A DNA stretch of 57,061 nucleotides from Acidimicrobiia bacterium (GTDB lineage: Bacteria > Actinomycetota > Acidimicrobiia > Spongiisociales > JAOTWH01): assembly GCA_036446035.1 (NCBI GenBank), contig JAZFSG010000009.1, forward strand, positions 1-57,061, read 5' to 3'. The notes beneath the pieces were generated by a model, which saw only the letters and a list, made by a program, of their open reading frames with translations, was not told the origin of the DNA and ran no database searches. Below, in pieces: positions 26,738-36,740 of the stretch (position 1 is the stretch's first letter; each line of letters starts with the position of its first letter). A program made the translations under genes and the position numbers.

Positions 26738-28998
26738 CCAGGGAATCCTGGGTAGGGGATCCGGCTGTGGTAGTAACCGATCAGCGAGTCGACCAGCGCG
26801 TTGCGCACCTTGGTCAGCTCACCGAACGTAAGCGAACTCTCGTCGAGCTGTCCATCGTCCTGCTTCTCGGCGATGACCTGATCGACGGCCTTCGAGATGT
26901 TGTCGATATTGGGGTCTTCGTGCTGCACCAGACTGCGCACTGCCCCCTCGGTGGCATCGGCCAGCATGAGGATCGCCATCTCCTTGCGCTTTGGCTTCGT
27001 GCCCGTGTGGCGATAGTCATCAGGTTCCGATCCGGGATCTAGCGCAAGAGCCTTGTGATAGAAGAACCTCATAATGCCGGTTCCGTGATGCATACGGATG
27101 CCGTCAGCCACCTCGTCCGGCAGACGGTATTGCTTTGCCAGCTTGAGGCCATCGGTGACATGGCTGCGAATGATGTCGGCGGACTGCTCGGGCGTCAATT
27201 CATCGTGGGGGTTGGAGACACCGAACTGGTTCTCGATGAAGAACAGTGGGCGCGTTGTTTTGCCGAGGTCGTGGTAATAGGCCGCCGCTTGAGCGAGCAA
27301 GGCATTGGCCCCAACTGCCCGCGACGCCCGTCCGGCCAGCGTGCCGACGAGGATCGAGTGGTTGAACGACCCCGGCGCCTGCTCCTCGATGCGGCGCAGC
27401 GCTGGGTGGTTCCTGTCTGTGAGGTCAAGCAGCGTCAGCGTCGTGGTGATCTTGAACAGGTTCTCGAAGAACGGAAGGGCACCAAGAGCGACGACTCCTG
27501 CGATCACGCCACCACTACCGGCGGCTCCGGCAACCCGCCAGGCGACGTCGGAACCGTCAAAGAACCAAGCCAAGGCCCCGCCAAGCGGCGCCAGCACGGC
27601 ACCTATAGCGACAACCGCCAGGCGCAGGCTGGTGCGCGATGATGCCGCTGACACGAGCGGGACCGGCGCCATGGTCGCCGCACCGGCGAAGACCGTGAGC
27701 GCAAGATCGCCAGTGGCCAGAGCCGTGAAGGCTGTCATGGGAATTGAGACGAGTAGGGCTGTCCGCGGATTGAACAGGATCGCGGCGAGGAACCCCAGCG
27801 CCGCAGCGGGGATCAGATAGCCGAGCTCGGGCCGATCACCTGCGACGATTTCGGGTAGCCGCGCTGCGGCCGCAGCCAACACCAGCAGAAGGCCGAAGAG
27901 CGCCACCAGCTTGGGCCGCTCCCACTGGTCACGGGCGATGCGCCACAAAAAGAAAACAGAGAGCAGGACGATCAACGCTCCAGAAGCGGCGAGGGCATCG
28001 AGCCGCACTTCCTCAGTGGGGACCAGCAGATCGAGTTCAACGATGGCTTGCCACTGAACGGCAGAGACCAAGTCGCCTTCCTCGACGATGGTCTGGCCGG
28101 CGAGATAGGGCTCGACCACCTCAATCACCGCATCCTCGGCGTTCTGGCGCGCCAACTCGGTTGCCGAGGCATCAACGCTGCGATTGTCCTGCAGGTTCTC
28201 GGCGACGATCTCGGCTACAGCGATCTCCACTGCAGCGACGGTGTCGGCCTCGAGTCCAAGGAGGATGAGCCGGCGGGGAGCATTGACGAGATCGCTCTTC
28301 ACTTCGTTGAGCTTCTCAGCGAGGATGCCATCTCCGCTGAGAAGCTCAATGGCCAGCTCCCCTGCTTGTGTCTCGATCTCGTCGAGGTGGCTCACCTCCA
28401 ATTCGGCGAGGAAGTCGTCGTTGATGACGCCGAGCACGGTGGCAATGGTCGCCGAGTCGTACAACGGGTATTGGCTTCGCAGGGCATCCAGCTGCTCCTC
28501 GAGCGGAGGTGGGAACGCCAGCGGCTCAGGGATGGTCGTCGTTGTGGTCTCGGCCGGGACTTCGGTGGCGGGAACCTCCTCGCCGGGTACCGCTTCCGCT
28601 GGAACCTCCGTCGTCGGGACCTCCTCGGCAGGAACCTCCTCGGCAGGAACCTCGACCGACGGCTCGACGACCTCGGGCACCGGCGCCGACACCTCGCGGG
28701 CCCTCGTGAAGAAGAGGGAGATGTCCCGGCCGACAGCTCGCGTTACCTCGGCGTCAAGCTGAAATTCAGTGTCGACGTTATTGCGGGCGAGCTGGCGGGC
28801 TTGCGCGGTTGCCGTCTCGTCGACGATGCTGATGGGTTCGTCGGCCGTGAATGTCTGCGGAGCCGGCTGACCGATGGCGGGCGGCAACGGCGCCGCCGGC
28901 TGGGCCCGCCCGGTGACCAGCACGAACGAAACCGCGGCGATGGTGAGGATCAGCACCGTCGCCCGGGCAAACCCGGAGCGTCTGGTAGCCGAGCTCAT
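26734..28998 (-). CDS. PgpH-like HDIG-domain membrane phosphohydrolase (7TM-HD)
   Basis: N-terminal ectodomain, 7 TM, then HSILVG...YYHDLGK HD domain. Confidence 0.85.
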   Translation of the reverse strand: MSSATRRSGFARATVLILTIAAVSFVLVTGRAQPAAPLPPAIGQPAPQTFTADEPISIVDETATAQARQLARNNVDTEFQLDAEVTRAVGRDISLFFTRAREVSAPVPEVVEPSVEVPAEEVPAEEVPTTEVPAEAVPGEEVPATEVPAETTTTTIPEPLAFPPPLEEQLDALRSQYPLYDSATIATVLGVINDDFLAELEVSHLDEIETQAGELAIELLSGDGILAEKLNEVKSDLVNAPRRLILLGLEADTVAAVEIAVAEIVAENLQDNRSVDASATELARQNAEDAVIEVVEPYLAGQTIVEEGDLVSAVQWQAIVELDLLVPTEEVRLDALAASGALIVLLSVFFLWRIARDQWERPKLVALFGLLLVLAAAAARLPEIVAGDRPELGYLIPAAALGFLAAILFNPRTALLVSIPMTAFTALATGDLALTVFAGAATMAPVPLVSAASSRTSLRLAVVAIGAVLAPLGGALAWFFDGSDVAWRVAGAAGSGGVIAGVVALGALPFFENLFKITTTLTLLDLTDRNHPALRRIEEQAPGSFNHSILVGTLAGRASRAVGANALLAQAAAYYHDLGKTTRPLFFIENQFGVSNPHDELTPEQSADIIRSHVTDGLKLAKQYRLPDEVADGIRMHHGTGIMRFFYHKALALDPGSEPDDYRHTGTKPKRKEMAILMLADATEGAVRSLVQHEDPNIDNISKAVDQVIAEKQDDGQLDESSLTFGELTKVRNALVDSLIGYYHSRIPYPGFPG
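28551..28685 (-). repeat. About 9 units of a 15-bp (5-aa, EVPAE-like) tandem repeat inside the PgpH-like ectodomain
   Basis: Units such as CGGCAGGAACCTCCT (28626..28640) and CGGCAGGAACCTCGA (28641..28655). Protein reads VEVPAEEVPAEEVPTTEVPAEAVPGEEVPATEVPAE. Confidence 0.7.
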
Positions 28999-29963
28999 TC
29001 CCCTTGGTTCTCCTCGAACTTCCGATAAGCCTCAACGATCGAGGCGACAATGCGGTGACGGACGACATCTGTTGCAGACAGCTCAACCGACGACACGCCA
29101 TCGATGTCGCGCAGGATGCGCCTGGTCACGCCGAGGCCGGAGCCTCGGGCGTCTGGCAGGTCGATCTGGGTGATGTCACCTGTGATGATCATCTTGGAGT
29201 TGAACCCGAGGCGAGTGAGGAACATCTTCATCTGCTCGGGGGTCGTGTTCTGCGCCTCGTCGAGCACGACGAAGGCATCGTTGAGAGTGCGACCGCGCAT
29301 GTAGGCGAGTGGTGCGATCTCGATCGTCCCGCGATCGAGGAGGCGCAGCGTCTCGTCCATCCCCACCATCTCGTAGAGGGCGTCGTAGAGGGGGCGCAGA
29401 TAGGGATCCACTTTGGCGGCGAGGTCGCCCGGCAAGAAGCCAAGGCGCTCGCCGGCTTCGACGGCCGGGCGAGTCAAGATGATCCTGGTGACGCTCCCCG
29501 AGGTGAGCGCTTCGACCGCCGCAGCCATGGCCAAGTAGGTCTTGCCGGTGCCGGCGGGGCCGATGGCGAACACGAGGGTCGACTCGCGGATGGCGTCGAG
29601 GTACAGCTTCTGCCCGAGGGTCTTGGCCCTAATGATGCGTCCCCGTCCCACCCTGATTCCTGTGGCGAAGACGCCTGACGGACTGGGGATGTCGCTACGG
29701 ACCATCTCGACAACACGCGACACGTGCTCGGGCGAGAGCTCCTGGCCTGCTTGGGCGACGAGAAGCAATTCCTCGAAGACCGTCCTGACGAGCTCGGCGC
29801 CGGCGCCTGCAATGGTCAACTCGTCGCCTCTAGCCACGATGCGGACGCTCGGAAAGGCCTCTTCGACAGCGCGCAGGTGGGCATCTCGCTGCCCGAGCAG
29901 ATCGAGCATGAGATGGTTGCTAGGAACGCGAAGCTTCAGCTCAGCGGGGGGTGCTTGTGTCAC
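28995..29963 (-). CDS. phoH: PhoH-family ATPase
   Basis: GPAGTGKTYLA Walker A and a PhoH domain. Confidence 0.9.
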   Translation of the reverse strand: MTQAPPAELKLRVPSNHLMLDLLGQRDAHLRAVEEAFPSVRIVARGDELTIAGAGAELVRTVFEELLLVAQAGQELSPEHVSRVVEMVRSDIPSPSGVFATGIRVGRGRIIRAKTLGQKLYLDAIRESTLVFAIGPAGTGKTYLAMAAAVEALTSGSVTRIILTRPAVEAGERLGFLPGDLAAKVDPYLRPLYDALYEMVGMDETLRLLDRGTIEIAPLAYMRGRTLNDAFVVLDEAQNTTPEQMKMFLTRLGFNSKMIITGDITQIDLPDARGSGLGVTRRILRDIDGVSSVELSATDVVRHRIVASIVEAYRKFEENQGE

Positions 29964-30030
29964 GATTGCCTCGAAGGCAGTGGGAACAATCCATTGTATC
30001 GGCCTCTCATGGAATCAGCCTCAACGGTTT

Positions 30031-30369
30031 TCATCCAGGGGGCCACGACATCTGTCTGCCGCCGATGACGTGGAAATGCAGGTGGGGGACGGACTGTCCC
30101 GCCGTTTCTCCGACATTGGACACCAGGCGCCACCCACCTTCGAGCCCCTCCGCGGCGGCAACCGTGGCGGCGAGGGCAACGAGGTCGGAGAGCACCGGCG
30201 CGGACACCGGCTCAGCGATCGAACCGATGTGCTGTTTAGGGATGACGAGGATGTGGGTCGGAGCCACCGGGTTGATATCGCGAAATGCCAGGGCGTGCTC
30301 AGACCGTTCGACGATGTCGGCCGCTAGATCGCCGGCAGCGATCGAACAGAAGAGGCAGTCGGAGCTCAG
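30031..30369 (-). CDS. HIT-family (HinT-like) protein, apparent CTG start
   Basis: DCLFCSIAAGDL...AFRDINPVAPTHILVIPK...HLHFHVIGG. The conserved N-terminal 34 residues lie upstream of the only canonical start (GTG 30267). See findings. Confidence 0.7.
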   Translation of the reverse strand: MSSDCLFCSIAAGDLAADIVERSEHALAFRDINPVAPTHILVIPKQHIGSIAEPVSAPVLSDLVALAATVAAAEGLEGGWRLVSNVGETAGQSVPHLHFHVIGGRQMSWPPG

Positions 30370-30851
30370 TCGCTCGTCAGCCCCAACGTGGCGAGGCGAG
30401 AGCTGAAGGTTTCCTCGCTCTGGTCGAGGAGGAGCGACAGCGTGCGGAGGTCATCGCGACGCAACGTCAGCACCCTGCCATTGAAGTCTTGACGGATCAT
30501 CTGCACGCCCCTGAGGAAACGCTCGATGATCACGGCATCGGGACCAGACAACGAATCCATGGCGTTGAGGTCGATGGTGACGCCGCCAGTCGGCAGAGAA
30601 CTGATAGGGGGGTCCTGGCCGTCGTCCTGAGGAAGTAGCTGATTGACGGGGACCTGATAGAAGGCAGCTAGCCGCTCCATCCGGGGAAGGGACAGGCTGC
30701 GCTCGCCGCGCTCATAGGCACCGAGCACCGCGGCCTTGAATTCGCCTTCAGAGACGCGCTGCACATCTTGGAGCGAGAGGCCCCGCTGCTTTCGGATCGT
30801 GCGCAGTCTTGCGCCAACTTTTTCGTTGTAGGTACCGATTTCTGCTTCCAC
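30366..30851 (-). CDS. XRE-family HTH transcriptional regulator with an uncharacterised C-terminal domain
   Basis: VGARLRTIRKQRGLSLQDVQ...AVLGAYERGER HTH_XRE motif. Confidence 0.75.
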   Translation of the reverse strand: MEAEIGTYNEKVGARLRTIRKQRGLSLQDVQRVSEGEFKAAVLGAYERGERSLSLPRMERLAAFYQVPVNQLLPQDDGQDPPISSLPTGGVTIDLNAMDSLSGPDAVIIERFLRGVQMIRQDFNGRVLTLRRDDLRTLSLLLDQSEETFSSRLATLGLTSD

Positions 30852-30968
30852 GGAACTCCCTTAAGCAGTGGTGCACTTTTAGCGCGCACCTCGAACGCTC
30901 TCCGTGGGTACCATGATAGCCACAGTCTTCGGAGATTGTTGGTTTTTCGAGCACCGTTTTGAAATTAG

Positions 30969-32045
30969 CTAGCTGGTCCCCCGACGCCACCGGCGCTTGG
31001 AGCCAGTTGGCGATTCCGCCTGGGCAACCGCGTAGGCCCGTAGCGCTTCCTCGGCCTCCGTCGAGAGGCTTTCGGGGATGGCGATATCGATCTCGACGAG
31101 CAAGTCTCCCCGGCCGCGACGTCGCAGCCTCGGCATCCCCCGTCCCCGGAGGCGCAACACGGCGCCGTGTGACGTTGCGGCAGGGATGTCGATGGGGATG
31201 TCGCCCTCCTCGATAACGGGGATCGAGAGCGTCGTGCCGAAGACAGCCTCCGATAGTCCAATCGAAACCCCGTGCACCAGGTCGTCGCCCTCGCGGCGCC
31301 ACCGAGGATCGGCCTCGATGGAGACCTCGACGTAGAGATCGCCAGCAGGGGCACCCCGCTCGGCACCGCCGCCGCGCCCTGCGAGGCGCAGTCGCACGCC
31401 GTCGCCGATGCCGGGCGGTATCTGAACGGTGACAGACCGAACGTCGTCTATGAGCCCCGTGCCCGTGCACATCGGACAAGGTTCCTCGATGACGGTGCCG
31501 GCTCCATTGCAGGCCGCGCAGGTGGAGATGGCGCTGACATCGCCGAAGACCGTTCGACGCGCCACCCTCACCGCGCCCTGGCCTCCGCAAGCCTCGCATG
31601 TCACCGGGTGATGACCTTCGGCGGCGCCGGATCCGTCGCAAGTCTCGCAGGTGGCGGCCGCGCGGAACGACATCTCCCGATCGACGCCAACCGCAGCCTC
31701 CTCGAGGCTGACCGAAACGGCAACCAGGATGTCGGTGCCCCGGACTCGGGTGCCTCCGGTGGGGCCGAAGCCGCCGCCGAAGAAGGTCCTCAGCAGGTCG
31801 TCGATCCCGCCAAGATTGGAGAACAAGCTGGAAACGTCGAACTGGTCGCCGCGATCGTAAGCGGCCCGCCTTGCAGGATCGGAGAGCACCTCATAGGCCT
31901 CAGCGATTCCTCGGAACCGGGCCTCTGCCGTGGGATCCGGGTTGGTGTCGGGATGCGTCTCGCGGGCGAGGCGTCGAAACGCCCTCTTGATGTCTTCCGG
32001 CTCGGCATCCCGAGGGAGGCCGAGGACTGCGTAGTAGTCCTTCAC
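30969..32045 (-). CDS. dnaJ: Molecular chaperone DnaJ
   Basis: J domain with HPD, CxxCxGxG zinc-finger repeats, C-terminal domains. Confidence 0.9.
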   Translation of the reverse strand: MKDYYAVLGLPRDAEPEDIKRAFRRLARETHPDTNPDPTAEARFRGIAEAYEVLSDPARRAAYDRGDQFDVSSLFSNLGGIDDLLRTFFGGGFGPTGGTRVRGTDILVAVSVSLEEAAVGVDREMSFRAAATCETCDGSGAAEGHHPVTCEACGGQGAVRVARRTVFGDVSAISTCAACNGAGTVIEEPCPMCTGTGLIDDVRSVTVQIPPGIGDGVRLRLAGRGGGAERGAPAGDLYVEVSIEADPRWRREGDDLVHGVSIGLSEAVFGTTLSIPVIEEGDIPIDIPAATSHGAVLRLRGRGMPRLRRRGRGDLLVEIDIAIPESLSTEAEEALRAYAVAQAESPTGSKRRWRRGTS

Positions 32046-33022
32046 AGCGACTCGCCGAGGTTCTCGCCGACCTGCTCGACTATCCGGATAGTGCGCTTGT
32101 AGTCCATTCGCAGAGGCCCGAGAACTCCCACCTTGCCCTCATCGCCGGTTGCCGTGACGTAGCTGGCAGCAACAAGTGCAACATCAGCGTCCTCGAGCAG
32201 AAGCTCCGAGCCCAGCCGCACGACGGTTCCTCCGTCGGCTTCGTTGAGCAATTGGTAGATGCTCGACTCGTGGTCGAGCAGATCGAGTATGCGGCGCACT
32301 TTGGCCAGGTCTTCCCAGACGTCGGCCAACTGGCTGGTGCCGCCGAGAAACACGTCGCCCCCTGCCTGCGCCGGCACGATGGCGCTGGCGGCTAGGCCGG
32401 CGGCGGCGGCCACGTTGGGTTCGACATCGACCGAATTGACGGCAGTCGCCAGGTCGGAGATGGCAGTTCCGACTCGTGCGTTGAGAAGGTCTTCTGCGGC
32501 GCCGAGGACCTCGGGAGCGACCGGCTCGGTGAAGCGAGCGACCTCCTTGGCCACCTTGCCGCTCGAGGTCACGGCCACGACCAAGACCTCACGATCACCG
32601 AGCTGGACCAGGTGGATCCCCCGCAGAGCCTCATTGGCCGTGGCCGGGCCCATGACCATCGACGGCAGGTGGGTGATGTCCGCCAGCAGCTCCGAGGTGC
32701 TCTGCAGCATGTGATCGAGTTCGGCGTGTGCCCTGGTGAAGAAGGACTCGATCTTGGTGGCGATCGCCGATCGCAGTCGCGCCGGAGACAGATGATCGAT
32801 GTAGTAGCGGTAGGCGTTGGCGGTTGGAACGCGGCCCGCCGAGGTGTGCGGCTGTACGCAAAAGCCATCGCGCTCCAGGACCGCCAGGTCATTGCGGACA
32901 GTTGCTGGGGAGACGGACAGGCCGGACGCATCGAGAACGGCACGCGAACTCACGGGAGCACCGGAGGCGATGTGCGTCTCGACCAGGGCCCTGAGAACTT
33001 CGGCTTTGCGGTCGTCGAGCAT
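32042..33022 (-). CDS. hrcA: Heat-inducible transcription repressor HrcA
   Basis: Winged-helix N-terminus (PVSSRAVL...SPATVRNDLAVLE), 4-bp overlap with dnaJ, CIRCE upstream. Confidence 0.9.
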   Translation of the reverse strand: MLDDRKAEVLRALVETHIASGAPVSSRAVLDASGLSVSPATVRNDLAVLERDGFCVQPHTSAGRVPTANAYRYYIDHLSPARLRSAIATKIESFFTRAHAELDHMLQSTSELLADITHLPSMVMGPATANEALRGIHLVQLGDREVLVVAVTSSGKVAKEVARFTEPVAPEVLGAAEDLLNARVGTAISDLATAVNSVDVEPNVAAAAGLAASAIVPAQAGGDVFLGGTSQLADVWEDLAKVRRILDLLDHESSIYQLLNEADGGTVVRLGSELLLEDADVALVAASYVTATGDEGKVGVLGPLRMDYKRTIRIVEQVGENLGESL

Positions 33023-33038
33023 GGGATTGGAGCCTAGA

Positions 33039-33065
33039 TTAGCAGTCGGCGGGCGCGACTGCTAA
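33039..33065 (-). promoter_or_regulatory. CIRCE-like HrcA operator TTAGCAGTC-N9-GACTGCTAA
   Basis: Perfect 9-bp inverted repeat with a 9-nt spacer, 17 nt upstream of the hrcA start. It differs from the TTAGCACTC-N9-GAGTGCTAA consensus by a symmetric C/G swap. Confidence 0.8.
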
Positions 33066-33073
33066 GAACGATT

Positions 33074-34879
33074 TCAGTCCTCGTCGATGCGCAGCACGGA
33101 GATGAAAGCCTCCTGGGGCACCTCGACCGCACCGACCATCTTCATGCGCTTCTTGCCCTCCTTCTGCTTCTCCAGCAACTTCCTCTTGCGGGTGATGTCC
33201 CCGCCATAGAGCTTGGCGGTGACGTCCTTGCGCACCGCCTTTACGGTCTCGCGGGCGATCACCCTGGTCCCAATCGCTGCCTGAATCGGGACATCGAATT
33301 GTTGACGGGGGATGAGCTTGCGCAGGCGGCCGACCATCGCCTTTCCGTAGGCGAAGGCGTTGTCACGGTGGCTGATAGTGGAGAAGGCGTCGACGGGTGT
33401 GCCATGAAGGAGAATGTCAACCCGCACCAGGTTCGATGTCCGGTACTCGGCCGGCTCGTAGTCGAGCGAGGCGTAGCCACGGGTCCGAGACTTGAGCTGA
33501 TCGAAGAAGTCGAAGACCACCTCTGCCATCGGAAGCTTGTAGCGCAGCTCGACTCGCTGCGGGGACAGGTAGTGCATCTCCCCCATCTCGCCGCGCCGAC
33601 CTTGCGCCAGCTCCATGACCGTGCCGACGAACTCAGTCGGCGTGATTATGAGTGCATCAACGAACGGCTCCTCGACTCCCTCCAGCGTCGAGGCATCGGG
33701 GAGGTCCTGCGGGCTGTGGATCTCGATCGATGAGCCGTTGGCAAGGTGGGCGCGATAGGCAACCGACGGTGCCGTTGCGACGAGGTCGAGGGCGTACTCC
33801 CGCTCGAGGCGCTGGCGCACGATCTCCATGTGCAGCAAGCCGAGGAACCCGCAACGGAACCCGAATCCGAGAGCCCGCGAGCTCTCCGGCTCGTAGAAGA
33901 GCGCCGCGTCGTTGAGGCGCAGCTTCTCGAGGCCGTCACGCAGCCGCTCGAAGTCATCTCCCTCCGCCGGGAAGAGACCAGAGAACACCATCGACTTCGG
34001 CTCCTGATAGCCGACGAGCGGAACGAGGTCTTCGGCGCCCGCAGTGGTCAGGGTGTCGCCGACGCGGACCTTCTCGATCTCCTTGATCCCCGTGATGAGA
34101 TAGCCGACCTGACCGGCCTCGAGTGCGGCCACCGGAACAGCCCGTGGGGTCAACACCCCGATCTCTTCGGCGTTCTCCTCCTCTGCGGTCGCCATGAAGC
34201 GAACACGGCTCCCGGTCGACAGCTTGCCGTCTTTGACGCGAATGGAGCACACGACGCCGCGGTAGGTGTCGTAGTACGAGTCGAACACCAGGGCTCGGAG
34301 CGGTGCCTGTCGCTCGCCGTCGGGGGGTGGCAATCGCTTGACGATCGCCTCGAGCAATTTGTCGACACCTTCTCCCGTCTTGGCAGACACCGCCAGCACG
34401 TCCTCGACGGCGCCTCCGAGAACGGACGCCACCTCCCCGGCGACGCGTTCGGGATCCGCAGCTGGAAGATCGATCTTGTTGAGCACGGGAATGACTTCGA
34501 GGCCGGCCTCAACCGCCAAGTAGGCGTTGGCCAGCGTCTGTGCCTCGACGCCCTGGCTGGCATCGACCAGCAGAATCGCCCCCTCGCAAGCTTCGAGGCT
34601 TCGCGACACCTCGTATGTGAAGTCGACATGGCCGGGAGTGTCGATGAGGTTGAATTCGTAGTTGACGCCGTCCGCGGCGTCGTAATGGAGGCGCACCGCC
34701 TGGGCCTTGATCGTGATGCCCCGCTCTCTCTCCAGATCCATGGAGTCGAGAATTTGCTCCCTCATGTCTCGGGCCGCGACACTTCCGGTCACCTCGAGTA
34801 GCCGGTCGGCCAGAGTCGACTTGCCATGATCGATGTGAGCGATGATGCAGAAGTTGCGGATGGGCGCGGTTGATTGCAT
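33074..34879 (-). CDS. lepA: Translation elongation factor 4
   Basis: [25 protein letters not shown]. Start at ATG 34879 ([10 protein letters not shown]). Confidence 0.9.
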   Translation of the reverse strand: MQSTAPIRNFCIIAHIDHGKSTLADRLLEVTGSVAARDMREQILDSMDLERERGITIKAQAVRLHYDAADGVNYEFNLIDTPGHVDFTYEVSRSLEACEGAILLVDASQGVEAQTLANAYLAVEAGLEVIPVLNKIDLPAADPERVAGEVASVLGGAVEDVLAVSAKTGEGVDKLLEAIVKRLPPPDGERQAPLRALVFDSYYDTYRGVVCSIRVKDGKLSTGSRVRFMATAEEENAEEIGVLTPRAVPVAALEAGQVGYLITGIKEIEKVRVGDTLTTAGAEDLVPLVGYQEPKSMVFSGLFPAEGDDFERLRDGLEKLRLNDAALFYEPESSRALGFGFRCGFLGLLHMEIVRQRLEREYALDLVATAPSVAYRAHLANGSSIEIHSPQDLPDASTLEGVEEPFVDALIITPTEFVGTVMELAQGRRGEMGEMHYLSPQRVELRYKLPMAEVVFDFFDQLKSRTRGYASLDYEPAEYRTSNLVRVDILLHGTPVDAFSTISHRDNAFAYGKAMVGRLRKLIPRQQFDVPIQAAIGTRVIARETVKAVRKDVTAKLYGGDITRKRKLLEKQKEGKKRMKMVGAVEVPQEAFISVLRIDED

Positions 34880-34961
34880 GGGAGAAGGGGGGAGCGCATT
34901 GTACCGCCCCTCCCTCACCACTAATGTTGCCTCTGATCCCCCGACCAGAGGTCTCATCGCC

Positions 34962-35231
34962 GTGGCCAACCTCAAATCCCAGATAAAGCGAAACCGCCAG
35001 ACCGTGGCGCAAACCGCCCGCAACAAGGCCCTGCGCTCCGAGGTACGTACTCGTTCTCGCCGCGCCCTCGAGGTCGCCGAGTCCGGCGACAGCGAAGCGG
35101 CGGACGTCGCTCTGCGTGCGGCCAAGAAGCAGATCGATATCGCCACCTCGCGAGGCATCCTTCACCGCAACACCGCTTCCCGCCGCAAGTCTCGTCTCGA
35201 ACACCGGGTACGGCAGCTGCTTTCCGGCTAG
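34962..35231 (+). CDS. rpsT: 30S ribosomal protein S20
   Basis: [13 protein letters not shown]...[11 protein letters not shown] start at 34962. Confidence 0.9.
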   Translation: MANLKSQIKRNRQTVAQTARNKALRSEVRTRSRRALEVAESGDSEAADVALRAAKKQIDIATSRGILHRNTASRRKSRLEHRVRQLLSG

Positions 35232-35704
35232 TGGACAGCTCTACCTGGCTGACGCCGGAGGCTCATCAGAAACTCGTCGACGAACTCGAGGAGTTGACAA
35301 CTACCGGCCGCGTCGAGATCACCGCCCGCATCGCCGAAGCCCGCGAGCACGGCGACCTCAAAGAGAACGCCGACTACGACGCCGCCAAGAACGAGCAGGG
35401 TTTCATGGAAGCCCGCATCCGCAAACTCAAGCACCTTCTTGACAGCGCCGAGGTGCGTGAGGTGTCGGCAGACGGGAGCGTGCAGGTCGGCACGGTGGTG
35501 ACCGTCGTCGACGCCGACGGCACCGACATGGAGTTCTTCGTTGCCCCCGCCGAGAACAAGGTCGCCGGCTTCATCCTGGCCTCGCCTGATAGCCCCCTTG
35601 GCGCCGCGCTACTCGGAGCGACTGCCGGCGACAAGGTCTCCTACGAGGCTCCCGCCGGCACATTCAGCTACGAGGTGAAGTCGGTTCGGGTCTTCGACGG
35701 CTAG
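35231..35704 (+). CDS. greA: Transcription elongation factor GreA
   Basis: GDLKENADYDAAKNEQ coiled-coil tip. The GTG start overlaps the rpsT TAG by 1 nt. Confidence 0.85.
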   Translation: MDSSTWLTPEAHQKLVDELEELTTTGRVEITARIAEAREHGDLKENADYDAAKNEQGFMEARIRKLKHLLDSAEVREVSADGSVQVGTVVTVVDADGTDMEFFVAPAENKVAGFILASPDSPLGAALLGATAGDKVSYEAPAGTFSYEVKSVRVFDG

Positions 35705-35711
35705 TTCGCGG

Positions 35712-36710
35712 CTAACTCGCTCTGCGGCCTCTCCCCACCCAGCGGCATAGCGCCACGGTCAACCGCTCCAGCGTGATGCGATGCGTCGCCTCCGGCGCCG
35801 TCTTCATCAGTACGTCGGCTCGTGATAACGCGTCGAGCGCCCGCGCCAGGTCGGACTCCTGGGAATCCGACCTCCTGCGCCAGGCCTTCTGCACCGGGTA
35901 GGAGTCGGGGGCGCCGTCTACCCACTCGGCGTACGTTGCCAGATCGGGTGCCGCTGCCGCCAGGGCACGCCGTCTCACCTCGCCCTCAACGAAGGCGAGG
36001 AGCTGTAGCGGATGGCCGTGGACAAGGAAGTCCGCCAGCCGCCGCAATGCCGTCGCCACGTCTCCGGCGGCCACCGCGTCGGCGTAATGCCACATGGGTT
36101 CGTCCGGTCTGGCTCGAAAGCGCGAGGTCACGGCTTCGGCTGTCGCTTCCTGACCGCCCGCGGCCAGCTGGTCGAGCGCCTGGCCCAGCGCCGCGGTGTC
36201 GGATCCGAAGTGCTGCAACAGGCCGGCAGCGCCGGCCGAGTCGACCTTGACACCGCGAGTCTTGGCGGCGATGGCCAGCCACTCTCCGGCGTCTCGCTCC
36301 CGCATCTTCTTGATGGAGATGCTCTCGGCTACGGGCTTCAGCGTCTTGCCGAGCGGCGCAGGGATGGCGCCGAGCGATCCGAATACGACCACTACCGAGT
36401 CGTCGCCGAGGTGTGATACCAGCTCAGACACCAACTCCGCCTCGCCCTTGAGGAGGTTCTGGGTGTCCGCAATGAAGACGCCGCTGCGGTCCCCGAAGAG
36501 AGACCCACTCTGCAGCGCAGGGACCAGCGGCTCCAGACCCTGTCGGAACGACGAGTCGTCTGTCGAATCGGTTCCTCTGCCAGGGACGTCGATGCGGACC
36601 GGGTCCTCGATCTCGAACTCTGCGAAGACGGCCGCGGCACGATCCATCAAGAGCTGGCGTTCGCCGGGGCCGGCATCTCGCGGCCCAACGATCGTTACCA
36701 GCGACTTCAT
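35712..36710 (-). CDS. holA: DNA polymerase III subunit delta
   Basis: Length, position downstream of comEC and delta-like helical C-terminus. Start at ATG 36710. Confidence 0.7.
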   Translation of the reverse strand: MKSLVTIVGPRDAGPGERQLLMDRAAAVFAEFEIEDPVRIDVPGRGTDSTDDSSFRQGLEPLVPALQSGSLFGDRSGVFIADTQNLLKGEAELVSELVSHLGDDSVVVVFGSLGAIPAPLGKTLKPVAESISIKKMRERDAGEWLAIAAKTRGVKVDSAGAAGLLQHFGSDTAALGQALDQLAAGGQEATAEAVTSRFRARPDEPMWHYADAVAAGDVATALRRLADFLVHGHPLQLLAFVEGEVRRRALAAAAPDLATYAEWVDGAPDSYPVQKAWRRRSDSQESDLARALDALSRADVLMKTAPEATHRITLERLTVALCRWVGRGRRAS

Positions 36711-36740
36711 GCGGCAACGGTAGCGAGTCGTCATCGGCTG

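Noticed and set aside
28551-28685. Possible CRISPR-like periodicity (also the 169-bp repeat spacing at 656-859)
   Set aside because: The 15-bp units are contiguous and in frame inside a CDS. The 35-bp repeats occur only twice and are tRNA-derived. No cas genes are present.
30852-30968. Second CIRCE or other operator between dnaJ and the XRE regulator (TTAGCGCGCAC, TTTCGAGCACCGTTTTGAAA)
   Set aside because: There are only short imperfect inverted repeats and no 9-N9-9 structure. A generic promoter region is more likely.
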